From Catajapyx aquilonaris (taxonomy: Eukaryota): a stretch of 64,000 nt of DNA. The notes under the pieces were generated by a model, which did not search any database, was not told where the DNA came from, and worked only from the letters and a program-made list of their open reading frames with translations. The stretch is from contig KZ538526.1 in assembly GCA_000934665.2 (NCBI GenBank), positions 1 to 64,000 of the forward strand, given 5' to 3'. Positions 60,004-64,000 of the stretch are shown in pieces (the stretch's first letter is position 1; every line of letters begins with the position of its first letter). The position numbers were made by a program, and so were the translations under genes.

Positions 60004-61985
60004 TCATGAGATGTCCTTCATGACACCTAGAATGTTAATCCCGGATGGCCCGAGATTCATCCTCCCCAGCATTCCCTTCTCCTTTGCTTTGACCCAGTGC
60101 AGGAACAGAAGCACAGCGTGGAAAAGGTTGTTGGCACCCTTCGGTACATCCACCACTTCCCCTCCCACTGCCAACTTGAACACAGGCGGATCAGTCTCTG
60201 CTTGGTAGATGACCATCGATGGCTCCTGAGGCGAGGGTGTCCCTTGCGGCGAGGTGGGCTCCCTCTGTGGTGTCCATGGATGACGCTTGTAGTACTTGCT
60301 GGAAAATGGCTTGGCTTGCTGACCCATGCACTGAGGTGATGGGAGGCATGCATCAAGGTATGCTGCCAAGAAATGCATCACAAGGGTGGAGTCAGCAGGC
60401 AGGTCGTGTGTCCACGGCTTTCCCCTGTAGTTTCCTCCACGATTCCAAGCATATGCACCCATACATCCTCCACCAGACAGCTCCTTAATCCTCCCCACGA
60501 GGTACTCCTGATGCTGAGGAGTGACATCCAAAAATGGCAGCAGCTGGGGAAGAGTGGGCAGCATCTGTACGGATGACGCAACTTGCTTCAGTTTGTCCAG
60601 AGGGCATCGTCCAATTTGGGTGTCTGGGAAACCCAAGCGCTCTAGGTGTGAGTTGGCTGACTCGATTTCAACAAGGAGTCGCAGCAAAATAGTCTGGGAT
60701 ATCCAGGTCCGTAGATTCTGAGTCCACTGCACCAGTATATTTGGGGAAACCCCCAAGCGGGTCCACATCTCATTGCGATCCTCAGGGCGGCGAGTTGCAG
60801 CATCCGCAGTGCGACTGGATGGCTTCCCTGGACTCGATACCGAGAGCACATAAACCTGTGAAATGAGCAAAGTTCAGTTAACAACCTATCCCAGACAAAT
60901 ACGCATGGCAAGTGATCATAACAAAGATTCTAATGCGATAAAATGCTATCTGCTGTAATTCACAGCACCTGCTTGCGCCCTCTGTCCCCCAAGTATGAGT
61001 TGAATGAGGCATTTGCAGCATGTCGGCCTGATTCCTCCTGCAACAGTTTCTTTTCCAAAAGGTCCACCTCCTTCAGCAGACGATTCAGACACTCAGTTTC
61101 ATCTCTAGCAGGAAATGCGACTGGTGGTGCTGTTCGACTGCGACGATGTCTGGCACTATCATCAGGCGATGGTCTGTAGTACATCCACGAGGAAGAGGAG
61201 AGGGATGCATTGGGGCTCGACAGATACGACCCATCTGAAAGCCAACTGCATGACTGGTTGATGGGTGTTGTTGATGTGCTGGGTGGCCCAGAAGGTCCAG
61301 GTGTTGTGGGTGTGAGGAGGAGGTCTGATATATTGAGGGGATTTGGAGGAGGTGATCGCATAGGTCTGGCAGATGTGGGTGGAAAGGCAGGGTCATCTGG
61401 GGATATGCCTAGCAGCTGGCGCTGTTTTGGTGACAGAGTGATTGGAACAGGAACAGCCTGTGGCACTCCAGAAGTACAGGAAGCAGGTGATATGTTCACC
61501 ATATCTCCAGCATACATGTAGGTGTACAGGTGAACGCAGAGGTTCAGAATCAGACCAAAAGCCAAGGCCCATTCCAAGTACCAGAGGAGGAGAACACATC
61601 CAGGAGACGGCCAGCGGGACAAGCTAAATCAGAAATGTCTGTATGTTACATCATAATTGTGACAGTTGTAATCTATTTATTGCTATATGGCATTATGAAG
61701 CACAGATTACGCACACTGCCACTGCTGCAGAAAAAATGCATATCTCAAAATTTTGGCTACCACTTTACAATTAATTAATGCAACCAGTAATAATTTCCAA
61801 GTGAATTCATCTTGACATCATTTGTCATACTCAACTAAAAGAAACACATCATGGCATATTTACATGTCAGTGACGACAATGGTAAGGCCCCATCCATTGC
61901 AGAAGCACCAAAACAGGCTCCCACGTGATTTTTCCAAAGATTGCCTGTGGTTCAAGACCATCTCCACCACTGGGCTGCACTGCAT
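60004..61985 (-). CDS. TMEM209: transmembrane protein 209 (nuclear envelope); exons 61985-61864, 61623-60969, 60855-60004
   Basis: LWYLEWALA TM segment, LSPKQRQLLGI, WTQNLRTWISQTIL, QEYLVGRIKELSGGGCM, KPWTHDLPADS, GANNLFHAVLLFL, GMLGRMNLGPSGINIL. Confidence 0.92.
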
Positions 61986-62333
61986 CACTGGAAACACAAC
62001 AGCAAAGTCAGTATAACACGACATCACATACCACTGTCAGCACACCAGTGTGCCTGAAACCCAAGAAAACATGCAACAGCAATAAAAACCAAAATCATGA
62101 CAAGACCATAGTCATAAACTGTTGCACTAGCAGCTGAAGCGGTTCTCCGCATGGCTGTTTCCATGGTAAAAAGGCAGTTTGCTTGCCCTGTGTACGGGTA
62201 TGAAATGGGTGTGAAACAGGTATGAAACCAACCCTTAACAAACTTTCCCTCCACTATTATAATAAAATTTTTATACTAAAAAAAATCATTGAAAATTATA
62301 ACATGTGACCAGACTCCTGTGTCTGTGACCCTC

Positions 62334-62393
<60 letters not shown>
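62334..62393. repeat. (AAT)n microsatellite
   Basis: direct reading. Confidence 0.95.
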
Positions 62394-62397
<4 letters not shown>

Positions 62398-63001
62398 CAA
62401 ACAGGCTTCAATCGTAATGTGCTTGCAGTGTTCCAAGCTTTTTTTTTTTTTTCTTCTTCTCTCCCTCTCTTTCTTATCCATGAAGACTAATCAATGTGCG
62501 GAACGATGCGATATAACTTCCCAATTTGAAGGGCCACAACCTCCCGGTTCAAGTCAAAAGCACGAACCTGCAGCTGTGATGGAGGCCAGTGCAGATGAAG
62601 ACTAGAAGACTCTGATGATGATGTCCCCAACCGACTCTTCCACTCACGCCAGCGGAGTCGCTTGAAGAAGAAGCAGGGTGGCCAACAGAAAACGTGCATC
62701 ACATTCAAATCTTAAATCGCAGGCGTCGACATTCGTCTTATTCCCGTTAATATAAATTATGAAAATTTTAAAAATATATGCATCACATATTAATTAACAT
62801 GATCGAATGTTCTATTGCAGTGGAGGCGATTGGAGTGACGTCATTTATACCCGCTTTTTTTTTTGCTTTTTAACATACTAGTCGCTATGCTACTTTCGGC
62901 CCATTGAGCACATTCGAGTTTCGAGATTGTTCGAACAACGCGGATGTTCGGTACCGGTACCTGCCGATTCCTTTGCCTGTTGGCCCGTTTTGACCTGTAG
63001 A

Positions 63002-63477
63002 ATGGCGTCAAATGCGCAGTGGTATGAAGACGAGAAGTATGACAGGTACTGGCAGCACTATCGAGAGGTGATGGACTGGTACCAGAAGCATGAGGTGGCT
63101 TCATGGAAGGCAAAGGCTGCTGCGCTGGAGTATGAGAACCGGGCCCTGCGCCAGTACATAGCCAACATGCAGGTGAGGCAAACCCTCCGTACTCTTGCTC
63201 TGCCGGTACACTCTGGCTTTTCTTCTTCAGGGAGCTGTGGCATTTAGTACTGACAGTGGCGTGAAGGAAAGTCAGTCACGTGCACCAAAAGAGAACAAGA
63301 AGATCAACAGAAAGAAGTACAAAAAAGACAAGGATGGAGAGTACATGACCCGGAAGATGAACAGTAAACATTGCGATCGTGATGAATCAGAGCATGCAGA
63401 ACCTCAGCTGCGAATGGATGTGACAGAAGACATGATAGAGTTCCTTACAAAATCACTTGCTCACCAGGAAGAGATGA
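63002..63477 (+). CDS. GEMIN8: Gem-associated protein 8 (SMN complex), 5' part; exons 63002-63172, 63231-63477, continues beyond
   Basis: WY....YDRYWQHY..VMDWYQKH and MDVTEDMIEFL..S..HQEE motifs recalled from Gemin8; head-to-head with TMEM209. Confidence 0.75.
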
Positions 63478-64000
63478 GTAAGTATTGTTTGAAGGGAATG
63501 CTCAGAATGGTGTGCCCTCAAGTAGTGTGTCACGTTGAGACGATAGTTCTTCCACTTTGTGGGTACAATATACTCGAAACCAACTAGATCTGGTGTATAA
63601 TAAGGCCACTACATAAGGGTGTGTTATGAAGTGACCTTGTATGTTCAGACTGTACTCAGGTTTCCTCATTATTGCCTTCAGATGTTGCTAGACCGATGTA
63701 CTGTACCATTATGAGAGCAGAATACAAATCAAATTTACTTGCCCTGATCTGAAAATATCGGGACACCCCCAAAAAATGGAGTGGTGGGGTTATACACAGG
63801 ATGTGATAAAAAGTTTCCATTAAGATTATCTGGACTTTAGAATGGATAATTATGAATAGTAACAATTGAGCTAGGAGGATACCAAATTTGAAGTTCATTT
63901 GACAGTTAACAACTGAAATAAATACGATTATACCTTGGACAGTGAATTTCTGTGGGGTCTGGTAAAAATTGCTGCCACTCTGTTTATTTCTTACTTAGCG

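Noticed and set aside
62024..62254. N-terminal TM extension or uORF of TMEM209
   Set aside because: The hydrophobic stretch looks like a T-rich intron end (…tttcag), and joining would need a 44-nt intron; treated as 5' UTR.

Overview
Eukaryotic, intron-rich, gene-dense window. The gene set and MITE/SINE content suggest an invertebrate, probably an arthropod; this is inferred, not established. Splice models were built by hand from GT/AG sites and reading-frame phase. In order: a triple Myb/SANT-like gene (-), a BTB + zinc-finger gene (+), mitochondrial ribosomal protein S12 (+), a ~24-kb multi-C2H2 zinc-finger gene (+), a divergent HIPK-like kinase (-), a Tre1/Moody-like class A GPCR (-), an unknown, possibly FANCB-like gene (-), ninjurin (+), two tandem sepiapterin reductases (-), TMEM209 (-) and the start of Gemin8 (+). 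There are many foldback MITEs and two tRNA-derived V-SINE-like copies. The standout feature is in the zinc-finger gene: ten near-identical 84-nt, phase-0/phase-0 micro-exons spread over ~14.6 kb (24499-39105). Each encodes one C2H2 finger unit (VHTGEKP.C..C.KRF..NYKRK.HEQ). They have weak, conserved splice sites, exon-restricted nucleotide conservation, an Arg at the canonical core-Leu position, and variation at recognition-helix positions. Any subset splices in frame, so this may be a combinatorial or mutually exclusive zinc-finger splicing cassette. Transcript data are needed to test that.
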